Source: Alphaproteobacteria bacterium | Lineage (GTDB): Bacteria > Pseudomonadota > Alphaproteobacteria > GCA-016699305 | Reading direction: 5' to 3' | DNA length: 64,000 nt | Assembly (NCBI GenBank): GCA_016699305.1 | Contig: CP064970.1 | Span: forward strand, 522,066-586,065 | Shown: positions 9,289 through 24,965 of the stretch, one piece after another | Layout: each line of letters starts with the position of its first letter | Position numbering within the stretch: the stretch's first letter is position 1 | The notes under the pieces: model-generated | The model's input: only the letters and a program-made list of their open reading frames with translations | Database searches by the model: none | What the model was told of the DNA's origin: nothing | Made by a program: the position numbers and the translations under genes

Positions 9289-11556
9289 ATGATGAGCAGC
9301 TTGCGCCATACCTTGGTGGTGGCCGCCCTGGTGTCGGTCTGCATAAACTTGGCTCCTTCCGTGGCCGGGGCCAGAATCGTCCCTGTCTATCGCGAGGCCG
9401 AGAAACCGGCTGTTATCGAGAAGCCGCCAGGCATGCTGATCCTGGCCGACCGCATGAATTTTGAGGATGCCTATGGCATCGCCAGCGCATCCGGCAATGT
9501 GGAAATCAGCTATGGCGAGCGCGTTCTTCTGGCCGACCAAGTGATCTATGAGCGTGACAGTGGCATCGTCACGGCTATTGGCAATGTGCGCCTATTAGAG
9601 AGTACCGGAGAAGTTGTCTTTTCCGATTGGGCGCAGCTAACCGGCAATCTAGCCGAAGGCTATGCCGACCGAATTCGCATCCTGATGACCGATAATGGCC
9701 GATTAGCAGCCGAAGACGGTGAACGTTTTGGTGAACGCTGGATGCGGCTGCGACGAGCCGTTTATTCGCCTTGCGATCTGTGCAAGGACGATCCCGAAGC
9801 CCCGCCTTTGTGGCAGATCAAGGCCAAACGTGTCACCCATGATCACGAGGCCAAGGACGTGATTTACCGGGATGCGTTCCTGGAAATGGCCGGCATTCCG
9901 GTGTTGTATTCCCCTTATTTCTCGCACCCCGATCCCACAGTGGAACGGCGCAGCGGGTTCATCACTCCTACTTTCGGTTCACGTTCTTCGCTGGGCACCT
10001 ATGGCGGTTTTTCCTATTACGGAATCGTGGATCGCGGCGCTGACATGACTATAACTCCGCTGATCAGCGCCAATGATGGCCTGCAGCTTTCGGGGCAATG
10101 GCGACAAAACTGGGACCGCACACAACTGGTAACTTCGGGCAGCATCGTCCACACGGACCGCCAAGAAACCAATGGCAGCATCAGTCGGGATCAACTGCGC
10201 GGCCACAATTTTGGCACGCTGCGCTATGAGCTGGGCCCCGATTGGCGGGGCGGGGCGGATTGGGCGGTGGCCACCGATTCCAGCTATCTATCGCGCTATG
10301 ACATTTACGCGCCCGACATTTTAAACAACCGCCTCTATGCAGAAGGCTTTTATGGGCGCTCGTATGTGGTCGGCAATGTGTGGGCCTTCCAAGATACGCG
10401 CCCTGGATTCTCGACCGAGGCTGCGCCCGTCGTCCTGCCCGATATGTCCTTCCAGGCTCTGGGCGATCCCGGAAAGACCTTGGGCGGACGCTGGGAAGTG
10501 CAAGGCGGCGTGCTGGCCCTTAATCGCAACAAGAGTCTGGCGACCACGCGCCGCGCCGATCTAGAGGCCAGTTGGCAGCGGCGCGTTCTGCCTGGACTGG
10601 GCCTGGTGACGGTGGCCGATGTCAGCATGCGCCAAAACGCCTGGTGGTCCGAGAATATGCCCGATGCACGACGTCCCGATGGCATACGCGGCACCGATTT
10701 ACGCACACGCTTCTTCCCTTCTGCGCATGTCACGACCAGCTACCCTCTTGTGAATCCGATTGATGATGGATGGCATTTATGGGTGGAGCCTCTTGTCTCT
10801 GTGACGGCGGCCACGGAAACTCATGAGAGCCTAACCGTCCCCAACGAAGACAGCCAAGACATCGAATTCGACGTTTTCACCCTGATGCGACGCAATCGTT
10901 TCAGCGGCATTGATCGCCAGGACGGCGGCGGACGCGCCACCTGGGGCGGACGCACGGCCATTCAAGGTCCCGACCACGCTTCGGCGGAAATATTCCTGGG
11001 ACAAAGCTATCGCTTTTATGGCGACGGCATGTTGTTCCCCGAGAATTCCGGTCTGCGGCGCGAGGTGTCGGATCTTGTGGGCCTCGTCCGTTTACAACCC
11101 TCATCATGGCTGGACTTTGACTACACCTTCCGCTTGGACCAAAAGACATTGGACGCGCGGCGTCAAGACATCATGGCCAGCATGGGACCGGATTGGCTGA
11201 AGGCAAGCGCGGTCTATCTGTTCAGCGCACGCACGCCGAATCTGGCGGTGAACGACACGCGCGAGGAAATCGCCTATGGGATCAACGGCCGTTTTTGGAG
11301 CTATTGGACAATGGGTGGCGGGCAACGTTATGACCTGTCGCGCAGCAATGGCCTGCTAACCACCTCTCTGACCGGCGGTTATCAAGACGAGTGCCTAACC
11401 TTTTCCGTCACCGGCAGCCGCGACCACACGGCGCGCGCCGATGTTGAATCGGGTGACAGCATCATGTTCCGCATTCTCTTTAAGAACCTGGGCGGCGTGG
11501 AAACACAGCCTACCTCAGCCACCAGCTTGATGGGCGACCAACGCTCGGGATTATAA
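9289..11556 (+). CDS. lptD: LPS-assembly outer-membrane protein LptD (OstA)
   Basis: 755 aa. Signal peptide, N-terminal OstA-like domain (LLADQVIYERDSGIVTAIGNVRL) and a long beta-barrel-type C-terminus. Confidence 0.85.
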   Translation: MMSSLRHTLVVAALVSVCINLAPSVAGARIVPVYREAEKPAVIEKPPGMLILADRMNFEDAYGIASASGNVEISYGERVLLADQVIYERDSGIVTAIGNVRLLESTGEVVFSDWAQLTGNLAEGYADRIRILMTDNGRLAAEDGERFGERWMRLRRAVYSPCDLCKDDPEAPPLWQIKAKRVTHDHEAKDVIYRDAFLEMAGIPVLYSPYFSHPDPTVERRSGFITPTFGSRSSLGTYGGFSYYGIVDRGADMTITPLISANDGLQLSGQWRQNWDRTQLVTSGSIVHTDRQETNGSISRDQLRGHNFGTLRYELGPDWRGGADWAVATDSSYLSRYDIYAPDILNNRLYAEGFYGRSYVVGNVWAFQDTRPGFSTEAAPVVLPDMSFQALGDPGKTLGGRWEVQGGVLALNRNKSLATTRRADLEASWQRRVLPGLGLVTVADVSMRQNAWWSENMPDARRPDGIRGTDLRTRFFPSAHVTTSYPLVNPIDDGWHLWVEPLVSVTAATETHESLTVPNEDSQDIEFDVFTLMRRNRFSGIDRQDGGGRATWGGRTAIQGPDHASAEIFLGQSYRFYGDGMLFPENSGLRREVSDLVGLVRLQPSSWLDFDYTFRLDQKTLDARRQDIMASMGPDWLKASAVYLFSARTPNLAVNDTREEIAYGINGRFWSYWTMGGGQRYDLSRSNGLLTTSLTGGYQDECLTFSVTGSRDHTARADVESGDSIMFRILFKNLGGVETQPTSATSLMGDQRSGL

Positions 11557-11559
11557 GCG

Positions 11560-12171
11560 TTACGTCAGACGTTTGCGCCAATGCTCTAAAATGGGGATGA
11601 ATTTCTCAGGGTGGAAATCGGCAGCCACGAGATTCATATCCACCTCGTCATGCCCACGCACAGGGATTAGTCCTGCACGCACAAAGCCCAGCTTCTCGTT
11701 GATGGCGAGCATCTTGTGGTTTTCGGGGCGGCTCTGGGTCCTCATATTCTTCAGCCCAAGCTGCTCAAAAGCCAAGCGTATCAACAGAATTTCCGCTTCC
11801 AGCGCAAAGGGGCCCACGGCTGTCTCGTCCACGACCAGGCGGCCCTTCATGGCCGTCATCCCGGCAGATTCAATGTCATAAAGCGCCGTGCAACCTACGA
11901 CCTGCCCTCGTAAATCCACGATGACAAACGTCATGTCGTTGTCGCGTTCCAAATACCCCTGCGTCCAGACAGTTTGCTCTTCAAGCGTATGGGGACTGGT
12001 GCGCGAGAGCATGGCCAAAGAGCGGGGGACGTTGCGCATCTCGATCACGCGCGCCCTATGCTCCATGCCATAGGGCACCAACCGCGTGGTAAGCCCCTCA
12101 TGCGTTGCGCAGCGAGCGGCGGCGACCCGACTCCTTAACGGTTCTGCCAAGGGCACGTACTCATCCGTCAT
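11560..12171 (-). CDS. GNAT family N-acetyltransferase
   Basis: Acetyl-CoA binding segment (VVGCTALY…RLAFEQLGL…LAINEKLGF). Start MTDEYV at 12171 overlaps the upstream SDR stop by 4 nt. Confidence 0.65.
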   Translation of the reverse strand: MTDEYVPLAEPLRSRVAAARCATHEGLTTRLVPYGMEHRARVIEMRNVPRSLAMLSRTSPHTLEEQTVWTQGYLERDNDMTFVIVDLRGQVVGCTALYDIESAGMTAMKGRLVVDETAVGPFALEAEILLIRLAFEQLGLKNMRTQSRPENHKMLAINEKLGFVRAGLIPVRGHDEVDMNLVAADFHPEKFIPILEHWRKRLT

Positions 12172-12953
12172 GTGATGCATCCATCGACACCGAGAACCTG
12201 ACCGCTGATAAAAGCGGCGCGGGGACTGACCAAAAAGGCGATGGCATCGGCCACTTCTTCGGGCCGACCGATGCGCCCGAGCGCCGTGCGGTCGATCCAG
12301 CTTTGCAGGGTCGCGGCATCGGCGGTACGGGCCATCTCGGTGTCAATGAGGCCAGGAGCCACGACATTGACGCGGATTCCTTGCGGCCCCAATTCTTTGG
12401 CGGCTGACAGCGCCAGTCCGATCAATCCCGCTTTGGCCGCCGCATAGACCGACTGCCCCACATGGCCGCGTCGTCCGACGATCGAACTGACCAAGACGAT
12501 TGCGCCACCCACCGCATCCGGCTTGGTACGCGGCATCAGCCGCGCCGCGCCTTGCAACAGATGCACCGCGCCCGCTGTGTTGGTTCTAAGAACCCTCTCA
12601 ATGCTATCGGGCGCGATCATGCCCAAACGTCCTGCCTCTAATATCCCGGCATTGGCCACCAGGATATCCAAACGTCCCAACTCTTGAAGAATGCGGCGAT
12701 ACATATCTCCCACCGCCTTGGCATCGCCGATATCGGCGGAGATGGCCGTGGCCATCACGCCGAATTCGCGCGTCAGTTCCGCCGCGCGGGCAGCTAAGCC
12801 ATCAGGATCGCTGTGACCGTTCACAACGACATGAGCGCCCAGGGCAGCTAAGGCGCGCGCGGTGGCCCAGCCGATGCCCCGGCTGGCCCCCGTGACCAAG
12901 GCCACTCGTCCCGCCAGTTCATCCCCCGCAGGCTTATCGGCATGTGCCGTCAT
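12168..12953 (-). CDS. classical short-chain dehydrogenase/reductase (FabG-like)
   Basis: TGASRGIG Rossmann motif and a YxxxK active site (SVYAAAKAG). 261 aa. Start overlaps the upstream gene's stop by 4 nt. Confidence 0.85.
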   Translation of the reverse strand: MTAHADKPAGDELAGRVALVTGASRGIGWATARALAALGAHVVVNGHSDPDGLAARAAELTREFGVMATAISADIGDAKAVGDMYRRILQELGRLDILVANAGILEAGRLGMIAPDSIERVLRTNTAGAVHLLQGAARLMPRTKPDAVGGAIVLVSSIVGRRGHVGQSVYAAAKAGLIGLALSAAKELGPQGIRVNVVAPGLIDTEMARTADAATLQSWIDRTALGRIGRPEEVADAIAFLVSPRAAFISGQVLGVDGCIT

Positions 12954-14215
12954 GGCTGTAGATCCTTGACGAAGTAATCCTGAGCAAAGACAGTCGGACC
13001 TTGCAGCAATCGTGTGACGCGCGCAAGTTCCAGCAACTCGCCCACCGCATTAACAAAGGGACGCGCGGCGCGCATCCGCTCGCTCAGCGCCCAACCCACA
13101 TCGCGCGCCTGATCGGGCTGGCTCAGCACATGATCCAGCACGTCTCCCAAACCCTGGCCGCCCTCGAGATCCACCAGATAGGGGGCAAGCTCGGGCCCCA
13201 GCGACTCCATATAGCGAATGCGGTTTGAAACCGGCAGCGCCCCGCAGCCAAAGGCCGACCATACACGGTCATGCGCCCCGTCTTGCGTATTGGGATTGAC
13301 GGAAAAAATAACATCCGCTTGGTGATACAGATTGGTCAAATCCTTATATTCGATGGCTCCGCGAAAATCGGCGCGTGGTGAGCGCGGCAAAGACGCCTTC
13401 AACGAATCCAAATTGCTTCCGTAAATGATCACCGGAAAATCGGCCAATTGACGCAGTGCCTGGTCCATACTCTCACGGCGCGTGTAATCATCCACCTGGG
13501 CCGCCAGCAGCGCCAAAAGCGGTTTGTCGTATTCCAGCGCCAAACCCGATTCATGGGCGGCATGGACCACCGCGCCCGCTATGCCGTGTTCGGGCCAGAA
13601 AGCGGGGTTTGCCGCCTTTAAGATCGTTTGGCTGGCATTTTCCAATACCTGACGCATCAGGGTCGGCCATGCGACCCATGATTGGCGCACCACGGCGGGA
13701 TCCCGATAAGATTTTGGGGCCAGGATCATCGGCTTGCCGCCCCGCGCGCGCGGCTGGGGGGGCTGGCCAAAACTCATCACGCCAAAATCCACCACGGCGT
13801 TGCGACCTGGTTCGCGCAGATAAGTTGTGTGGTAATCCAGAAAATCCGGGCAGGTATAAGCGCGAATAATCCAGGGGCTGGGATGGCGATGACGATGTTG
13901 GAAATAGGCCGGGGAATCTCCCAGCCAGCTTACAAAAGGAATGCCCAACCTGTGCCACATATTGCCTGTGGGCAGATCGTCGCCAATCTCTATGCCGATG
14001 CCATTGCATCCAATGCCGCACAGAATGGCAGATGGGCCGCGTTCTTTCAGAACTTTGGTCATGCGTTCGGCCCAAACGGGCTCGGATAAGGGCAAGAATA
14101 AAGGCTCACACCCCAGCTCAGGCAGAACTCGGGCAATTTCCGCATCCAAAGCGGTAAGACTGCCATAGGCGCTGGAGCCTTGCGCAATGGCTACAAGAGG
14201 TTTGGCATCGCTCAT
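12950..14215 (-). CDS. hypothetical protein with CgeB-like / GT-B glycosyltransferase-type C-terminal region
   Basis: 421 aa. The C-terminal half (YHQADVIFSVNP…RVWSAFGCGALPVS) resembles group-1 GT / CgeB-like folds. The N-terminal half is not recognised. First gene of a three-gene coupled operon. Confidence 0.4.
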   Translation of the reverse strand: MSDAKPLVAIAQGSSAYGSLTALDAEIARVLPELGCEPLFLPLSEPVWAERMTKVLKERGPSAILCGIGCNGIGIEIGDDLPTGNMWHRLGIPFVSWLGDSPAYFQHRHRHPSPWIIRAYTCPDFLDYHTTYLREPGRNAVVDFGVMSFGQPPQPRARGGKPMILAPKSYRDPAVVRQSWVAWPTLMRQVLENASQTILKAANPAFWPEHGIAGAVVHAAHESGLALEYDKPLLALLAAQVDDYTRRESMDQALRQLADFPVIIYGSNLDSLKASLPRSPRADFRGAIEYKDLTNLYHQADVIFSVNPNTQDGAHDRVWSAFGCGALPVSNRIRYMESLGPELAPYLVDLEGGQGLGDVLDHVLSQPDQARDVGWALSERMRAARPFVNAVGELLELARVTRLLQGPTVFAQDYFVKDLQP

Positions 14216-14430
14216 TTTGGCATATGAGAGTGATAATGGTTAACGTTAAGTATAGGACATATATAACGGAATCGGAACTTCCGCACCATATCTTGTTCGG
14301 ATCATGATATTCACGGGGACATCCATGATACCGCCCATCCTCATATCCCCTTCATATCGACCAACATCGCTGGCCCCAACGATTTCCTAAAAAATTAGCC
14401 TGGTGGCCGTCTCTGACTGATGATGTCCAC

Positions 14431-14470
14431 CACAAAAAAGGCCTGGCCGTCCAATGGATCAGCCAGGCCT
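14431..14470 (-). terminator. rho-independent terminator after rpoC
   Basis: Perfect 9-bp inverted repeat aggcctggc / gccaggcct (14439-47 and 14462-70) with a 14-nt loop. The minus-strand RNA then has a U5-6 run (plus-strand A-run 14434-38). Lies 26 nt downstream of the rpoC stop. Confidence 0.55.
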
Positions 14471-14495
14471 AAGAAGGATCATGTAGCCGATCAGC

Positions 14496-17400
14496 TTAGC
14501 CGATCATGTCCGATCCACTGGAAGCGGAAGCATCGAGTTTCTCGTTCGAGACCGACACGGCAGCCAATGTCTTTTGACGCTGGGATTCTTCGATCAACTC
14601 ACGATCGCGCAAGGCGGCCAAACGCTTGAAGTGACTGACGGTGCTGCCCGTGCCGGCCGGGATCAAGCGACCGACGATCACGTTTTCCTTCAGCCCTTGC
14701 AAGGTGTCCACCGCGCCATCGACCGCGGCTTCGGTCAGAACCCTTGTCGTCTCTTGGAACGATGCCGCCGAGATGAAGGAACGAGTCTGCAAGCTGGCCT
14801 TGGTGATGCCCTGCAGAACGCGCCGCGTATGAGCGGGACGCAGATTCTCGAGCGCCGCCTTGGCGTTCACCGCCTCCCATTCCATGCGATCCACCTGCTC
14901 ACCCGTGACAAAAGTGGTATCGCCCGGATCGGTGATCTCAACCTTTTGCAGCATCTGACGCACGATGACTTCGATGTGCTTGTCGTTGATCTTCACGCCC
15001 TGCAGACGATAGACCTCTTGAATGCCGCGCACCATGTAGTCGGCCAAGGGGGCCACGCCCAGAACGGCCAGGATATCGTGCGGCACGGGCGCGCCATCCA
15101 TGATGATGTCGCCCGGTTGCACCAGATCGCCCTCTTGCACCACGACGTGCTTGCCCTTGGGGATCAGGTATTCGCGCACTTCCTCGGTCGCCTCTTCGGA
15201 ACGCAGGATCACGCGGCGCTTGGCCTTGTAGTCCTTGCCGAATTCGATGCGACCCGCGATTTCCGCGATCAAAGCGGCATCCTTCGGACGGCGCGCTTCA
15301 AACAACTCGGCCACGCGCGGCAGACCGCCGGTGATATCGCGAGTCTTCGTCGATTCGCGCGGCAGACGGGCCAACAGATCGCCCGGACGCACCAGATCGC
15401 CATTGTCCACCACCATCGTGGCATCCACCGGCAAGAAGTGACGCGCCTCAAGGCCGTTCTTCAGCTTGATAGGCTCGCCCGACTTGTCATGCAGCATCAG
15501 GCGCGGCTTCAGCGAGTCGCCCTTGGGCTGCTGACGCCAATCCATGATCTTCTTGGACGAGATACCCGTGGCCTCGTCCATCACTTCTTGCATCGACAGA
15601 CCTTCGACCAAGTCCACGAAATGGACCAAGCCTTCGGCTTCGGCGATGATTGGCAAGGTATAGGGATCCCATTCGGCCAGCTTCTGGCCCTTGGTCACCA
15701 TGCCACCGTCGCCCGCCAGCAAACGTGCGCCATAAGGTACACGGTGACGTGCGCGCTCGCGCCCATGGGCGTCCAGCAAAGCGACGTCGCATGTGCGGCT
15801 CATGACGATCAGTTTGCCTTCGCTGTTGGTGGCGACATTACGATCCTTGATCTGAATCTTCGAGTCGAAGCTGACCTCGATCGAGGATTGCTCGGTCCCG
15901 CGCTGAGCCGCGCCGCCGATATGGAAGGTACGCATCGTCAACTGCGTGCCAGGCTCGCCGATCGACTGGGCCGCGATAACGCCGATGGCCTCGCCGATAT
16001 TGACGCGCGTTCCGCGCGCCAGATCGCGTCCATAGCACTGCGCGCACACGCCCTCGCGAGCCTCGCAGGTCAGCACCGAACGAACCCGCACGGTTTCGAT
16101 ACCCGCCTTTTCGATACGGGCGATATCCACCTCTTCCATCATATGGCCGGCTGGGGCCAAGACCGCGCCGCTTTGCGGATCGGTAATGTCCACCGCCACC
16201 ACGCGGCCCAGGATACGGTCGCCCAGAGACTCGACGACATCGCCGCCGTCCATCGCCGCGCCCAACAGCAAGCCGTTTTGCGTGCCGCAATCCTCGATCG
16301 TGATAATGGCGTCTTGAGCCACATCGACCAGACGGCGCGTGAGGTAACCGGAATTGGCGGTCTTGAGCGCCGTATCGGCCAAACCCTTACGCGCACCATG
16401 CGTGGAGTTAAAGTATTCGAGAACGCTGAGGCCTTCCTTAAAGTTCGAAAGGATCGGGGTTTCGATGATCTCGCCCGACGGCTTGGCCATCAATCCGCGC
16501 ATACCGGCCAACTGCTTGATCTGTGTCGCCGAACCGCGCGCGCCCGAATGAGCCATCATATAGACCGAGTTGATCGGCTTGCCCGGCTCTTGGCGGGAGA
16601 TTTCCTTCATCATCTCCTCGGCCACGCGCTCGGTGCAGGCGGACCACACGTCCACGACCTTGTTGTATTTCTCGCCGTGGGTGATGAGGCCGTCCAGATA
16701 TTGCTGTTCGTATTCCTTCACCTGCAGCTTGGCCTGTCCGACCAGCTTTTCCTTGGCAACCGGGATGACCAGGTCGTCCTTGCCAAAAGAAATACCCGCG
16801 CGGCAAGCTTGGGTAAAGCCCAAGGTCATCAAGCGATCGGCGAAAAGAACCGTCTCCTTCTGGCCGCAATGACGATAGACCGCGTCAATGATCTGCGAGA
16901 TTTCCTTCTTGGTCAGCAGGCGATTGATCAGCGTGAAAGGCAGCTTGATGTTGCGCGGCAGAATCTCGGAAAGCAGCATGCGGCCAGGGGTGCTGTCCAC
17001 CACCTGATAGACCGTGTTGCCATGCTCGTCGATGGTCTGGTACCGCGCCTTGATGCGCGCATGCAGCGACAAAACATTGGCAGCCAAGGCATGCTGAATT
17101 TCGCCGATATCGGCAAAAATCATGCCTTCGCCCTTTTCGCCTTCGCGTTCAAGGGTGATGGTGTAAAGGCCCAACACGATATCTTGCGTCGGCACGATGA
17201 TCGGCTTGCCATTGGCGGGCGAAAGGATGTTGTTGGTGGACATCATCAACACGCGCGCTTCCAACTGGGCCTCCAGCGAGAGAGGCACATGCACGGCCAT
17301 CTGATCGCCGTCGAAATCGGCGTTAAAGGCGCTACAAACCAGAGGATGCAGCTGGATGGCCTTACCCTCGATCAACACCGGCTCAAACGCCTGAATGCCC

Positions 17401-18695
17401 AAACGGTGCAAGGTGGGAGCGCGGTTCAGCAGCACCGGATGCTCGCGGATGACTTCCTCCAGGATGTCCCAGACCTCCGGACGTTCCTTTTCCACCATGC
17501 GCTTGGCGGCCTTGAGGGTCGATGCCATGCCGTATAATTCAAGCTTGGCGTAGATGAAGGGCTTGAACAGCTCCAACGCCATCTTCTTAGGCAAGCCGCA
17601 CTGATGCAGCTTCAGTTCGGGACCCACGACGATCACCGAACGGCCCGAATAATCGACGCGCTTGCCCAGCAGGTTCTGACGGAAGCGACCTTGCTTGCCC
17701 TTGAGCATATCCGCCAGCGATTTCAGCGGACGTTTGTTCGCGCCGGTGATGACGCGACCACGACGACCGTTATCGAACAGAGCATCCACGGACTCTTGCA
17801 ACATGCGCTTTTCATTGCGGATGATGATGTCCGGCGCGCGCAGTTCGATCAGGCGCTTCAGGCGGTTGTTACGGTTGATAACGCGGCGATACAGATCGTT
17901 CAGATCCGACGTGGCGAAACGCCCGCCATCGAGCGGCACCAAGGGGCGCAGATCCGGCGGAATGACCGGCACGACGTCCAAGATCATCCATTCGGGGCGC
18001 GATCCGCTCTCCAAGAAAGATTCGACGATCTTCAGGCGCTTGACCAGCTTCTTGCGACGCGCTTCGGACGCGGTGCTGCGCATATCCTCGCGCAACGACA
18101 CGCGCAGTTCCGATAACTGCAGATCGCTCAGCATGCGCTTGACCGCTTCGGCACCGATCAGGGCGGTGAAATTGTCTTGGCCGTAGGTGTCCTGGGCTTC
18201 GAGATATTCGTCTTCGGTCAGCAATTGCTGAGTCTTCAGCGGGGTCAGGCCCGGCTCGATGACGATGTAGTTCTCGAAATACAGAACCTTTTCCAGATCG
18301 CGCAAGGTGACGTCCAACAACATGCCAATGCGCGACGGCAGCGATTTGAGGAACCAGATATGCGCGACCGGCGCGGCCAGCTCAACATGCCCCATGCGCT
18401 CGCGGCGCACCTTGCTTAGGGTCACTTCCACGCCGCATTTTTCGCAGATGATGCCGCGATATTTCATGCGCTTGTACTTGCCGCACAAGCATTCATAATC
18501 CTTGATCGGGCCAAAGATGCGCGCGCAGAACAAGCCGTCACGCTCGGGCTTGAAGGTACGGTAGTTGATGGTCTCCGGCTTTTTCACCTCGCCAAAAGAC
18601 CACGAGCGAATGCGCTCGGGGCTGGCCAGCGAGATGCGGATCAGATCGAAATGCTGGTCCTGTTGTTGCTGGAAGGCGTTCATCAACTCATTCAT
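14496..18695 (-). CDS. rpoC: DNA-directed RNA polymerase subunit beta'
   Basis: 1399 aa. NADFDGD catalytic motif, zinc-binding [17 protein letters not shown], and the trigger-loop and bridge-helix regions are recognisable. Confidence 0.98.
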   Translation of the reverse strand: MNELMNAFQQQQDQHFDLIRISLASPERIRSWSFGEVKKPETINYRTFKPERDGLFCARIFGPIKDYECLCGKYKRMKYRGIICEKCGVEVTLSKVRRERMGHVELAAPVAHIWFLKSLPSRIGMLLDVTLRDLEKVLYFENYIVIEPGLTPLKTQQLLTEDEYLEAQDTYGQDNFTALIGAEAVKRMLSDLQLSELRVSLREDMRSTASEARRKKLVKRLKIVESFLESGSRPEWMILDVVPVIPPDLRPLVPLDGGRFATSDLNDLYRRVINRNNRLKRLIELRAPDIIIRNEKRMLQESVDALFDNGRRGRVITGANKRPLKSLADMLKGKQGRFRQNLLGKRVDYSGRSVIVVGPELKLHQCGLPKKMALELFKPFIYAKLELYGMASTLKAAKRMVEKERPEVWDILEEVIREHPVLLNRAPTLHRLGIQAFEPVLIEGKAIQLHPLVCSAFNADFDGDQMAVHVPLSLEAQLEARVLMMSTNNILSPANGKPIIVPTQDIVLGLYTITLEREGEKGEGMIFADIGEIQHALAANVLSLHARIKARYQTIDEHGNTVYQVVDSTPGRMLLSEILPRNIKLPFTLINRLLTKKEISQIIDAVYRHCGQKETVLFADRLMTLGFTQACRAGISFGKDDLVIPVAKEKLVGQAKLQVKEYEQQYLDGLITHGEKYNKVVDVWSACTERVAEEMMKEISRQEPGKPINSVYMMAHSGARGSATQIKQLAGMRGLMAKPSGEIIETPILSNFKEGLSVLEYFNSTHGARKGLADTALKTANSGYLTRRLVDVAQDAIITIEDCGTQNGLLLGAAMDGGDVVESLGDRILGRVVAVDITDPQSGAVLAPAGHMMEEVDIARIEKAGIETVRVRSVLTCEAREGVCAQCYGRDLARGTRVNIGEAIGVIAAQSIGEPGTQLTMRTFHIGGAAQRGTEQSSIEVSFDSKIQIKDRNVATNSEGKLIVMSRTCDVALLDAHGRERARHRVPYGARLLAGDGGMVTKGQKLAEWDPYTLPIIAEAEGLVHFVDLVEGLSMQEVMDEATGISSKKIMDWRQQPKGDSLKPRLMLHDKSGEPIKLKNGLEARHFLPVDATMVVDNGDLVRPGDLLARLPRESTKTRDITGGLPRVAELFEARRPKDAALIAEIAGRIEFGKDYKAKRRVILRSEEATEEVREYLIPKGKHVVVQEGDLVQPGDIIMDGAPVPHDILAVLGVAPLADYMVRGIQEVYRLQGVKINDKHIEVIVRQMLQKVEITDPGDTTFVTGEQVDRMEWEAVNAKAALENLRPAHTRRVLQGITKASLQTRSFISAASFQETTRVLTEAAVDGAVDTLQGLKENVIVGRLIPAGTGSTVSHFKRLAALRDRELIEESQRQKTLAAVSVSNEKLDASASSGSDMIG

Positions 18696-18833
18696 CGCTT
18701 CGTTCCCCTAGCTTCTGCAAAACCGTCTTGCGGTATGCCTGTCCGTCTTGACTTCGCGATCCCGTCCCGCCTGGCAAACACCCATGGCGGGACGGTCATT
18801 CTCTATGCTGACCCCATACTGACCGGGCGGCGG

Positions 18834-23099
<4,266 letters not shown>

Positions 23100-23288
23100 G
23101 ATCCCTCCTGACCAAACATACCGCGTCCCTCAAGCCCGAGGCCGCGGCTTTGCGTGAACATCCCAACAACATGTGCAGCGGCACAGACCCGACCAAGAGA
23201 ACGTTTGCATTGTTCTCTTTGACATACCTGCCCCACCGCATGCCCAAACCGCCCTTCTCACCCTATAATGCTAGGGAAAGACAAGCGC

Positions 23289-23323
23289 GCGCGGGCTGGA
23301 GTCACCGAAGACTCCGCCCGCGC
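23289..23323 (-). terminator. rplL-rpoB intergenic attenuator hairpin
   Basis: 14-bp GC-rich stem (gcgcgggc-t-ggagtc / gactcc-gcccgcgc) with a 6-nt loop. The downstream minus-strand RNA is moderately U-rich (UUGUCUUUCCC). This is the classic position of the partial terminator between rplL and rpoB. Confidence 0.4.
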
Positions 23324-23456
23324 TGAGCGCCATCAACATCGTGCGTAAGCGCCTTTTTATCGGTCCGCATCCACAAACGCAAGAAAAAATTAATTTCTTC
23401 GTAGCAGACGCGAGCAAAAAAGGATTCCTACGCCCTTTTAGATGACGCCTTTGAAA

Positions 23457-23828
23457 CTACTTCAGCTCGACGGCAGCGCCGACGGCTTCGAGCTTCTTCT
23501 TGGCTTCTTCGGCGGACTTCTTGTCCATGCCGCTCTTCACTTCCTTGGGCGCGCCTTCGACCAAGTCCTTGGCCTCCTTGAGGCCCAGGCCGGTGATGGC
23601 ACGGATTTCCTTGATCACTTCGATCTTCTTGTCGCCGGCCTTGGCCAGGATCAAGGTGAACTCGGTCTGCTCTTCAACAGCCGCCGCCGCTACGGACGCC
23701 ACAGCCGCCACAGCGACCGGAGCCGCCGCCGAGACGCCCCATTTTTCTTCCAGCAACTTGGCCAGATCGGCCGCTTCCAGCACCGACAGACCCGACAGTT
23801 CTTCGACCAGCTTTTCCAACTTCGACAT
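23457..23828 (-). CDS. rplL: 50S ribosomal protein L7/L12
   Basis: [32 protein letters not shown]… and the …AVELK C-terminus. Internal ATG at 23828; the tool ORF begins at an upstream TTG. Confidence 0.97.
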   Translation of the reverse strand: MSKLEKLVEELSGLSVLEAADLAKLLEEKWGVSAAAPVAVAAVASVAAAAVEEQTEFTLILAKAGDKKIEVIKEIRAITGLGLKEAKDLVEGAPKEVKSGMDKKSAEEAKKKLEAVGAAVELK

Positions 23829-23921
23829 GACCCTTACTCCCTTGGTTGAGCGTTTGTTTGCGAGTGAAACCCATCCCGCGACACCCAAAACCTTGGGTAA
23901 GGCGGGAATTCCTGAGTGACT

Positions 23922-24431
23922 TTATTGACGACCGCGCGCGGCAAGAACGCGCGACACTTGACCGGCCGGAGCCTGCAACACGCCCACCATCTTCGAGGCG
24001 GGAGCCTGCAACAGGCCGATCAGCTTGCCGCGCAGAGTGTCCAGCGGCGGCAGACTGGCCAACGCGTTGATATCGCTGGGCGTCAGACGGCGTTCGTCCA
24101 AAGAGCCGCCGATCATGGTCAGCTTACCCTTGAAGTCCTTGTTGAATTCAACCAGAGCCTTGGCGGCAGCCAGCGGGTCTTGCGACCAGGCCAGGGCGCG
24201 TGGGCCCTTGAACAAATCGCTCAAGCCTTCATGCGGGGTGCCCTTGACCGACAAAGCCGCCAGTTTGTTCTTGATGATGCGCCAGTTCGCGCCGGCCTTG
24301 CGGCTGCGGCGACGCAATTCCGTCTGCTGAGAAGCCGACAGATTGCCCGGCTCCACCACCAGCACCAAACGGGCCGACGGCAAATCTCCGTGCAGAGATT
24401 CGACTTTGTGTTTTTTGGTCGCGCGATCCAT
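23922..24431 (-). CDS. rplJ: 50S ribosomal protein L10
   Basis: MDRATKKHKVESLHGDL…LRGKLIGLLQAPASKMVGVLQAPAGQ is a typical L10. ATG at 24431. Confidence 0.95.
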   Translation of the reverse strand: MDRATKKHKVESLHGDLPSARLVLVVEPGNLSASQQTELRRRSRKAGANWRIIKNKLAALSVKGTPHEGLSDLFKGPRALAWSQDPLAAAKALVEFNKDFKGKLTMIGGSLDERRLTPSDINALASLPPLDTLRGKLIGLLQAPASKMVGVLQAPAGQVSRVLAARGRQ

Positions 24432-24900
24432 CTGAGTACCCTTCAGTTGGCCATGAATTCCAATCGGCACACGAGAACGCATCACGCATTCCCATGCGGC
24501 TTTTCACCTCTAACCATGCAAGAAAGTCGGGCCGACGTCCGCAAAACACCTAGCCGCGCTATACAAAAGCCAGCGGGCCGAAAGTGAACGTCCTATCAAG
24601 CCCATCCTTCTGCGCCGGACATTAAGCCACCCCCAAGAGGCTGGCACCGGCGGTCTTCGGACGACGAGCGCCCCCGTTATAGCGCCCTCACTCGGACAAT
24701 GCCAAGCTTTTTTTATATCGTGCTCAACCGAGCAAAATGAGACAGCGAGATGTCGCCAATGTTCGAGAAATGGTATAGGCCGCTTTGGTTCAAAAAAGCG
24801 CCTAGGCATGGTCTTTCTGAAGGTGGGCGTCAGTGGCGCAGCCACCACATCGCTCGCCAAGCCATAGGCGAAGCCTCTTCTCACAGGGTATGAATTCGAG
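24432..24900 (-). promoter_or_regulatory. rplJ upstream leader / promoter region (expected L10(L12)4 autoregulatory leader)
   Basis: By position only: about 470 nt non-coding upstream of rplJ. The leader structure was not modelled. Confidence 0.25.
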
Positions 24901-24965
24901 TAAGTTCGGCGGAGTGGTGCCAGCCGCCCTGCTTAGAATCATGTCGATGACGACAGAGGTCAGAT

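Noticed and set aside
14574-17537. 987-aa plus-strand ORF and many other long ORFs antisense to rpoC and rpoB (for example 20031..21452, 21504..22130, 22140..23060, 17604..18116)
   Set aside because: They lie fully inside and opposite the unmistakable rpoB and rpoC genes. Their R/H/G/A-rich, low-complexity translations are typical of antisense frames in high-GC DNA.
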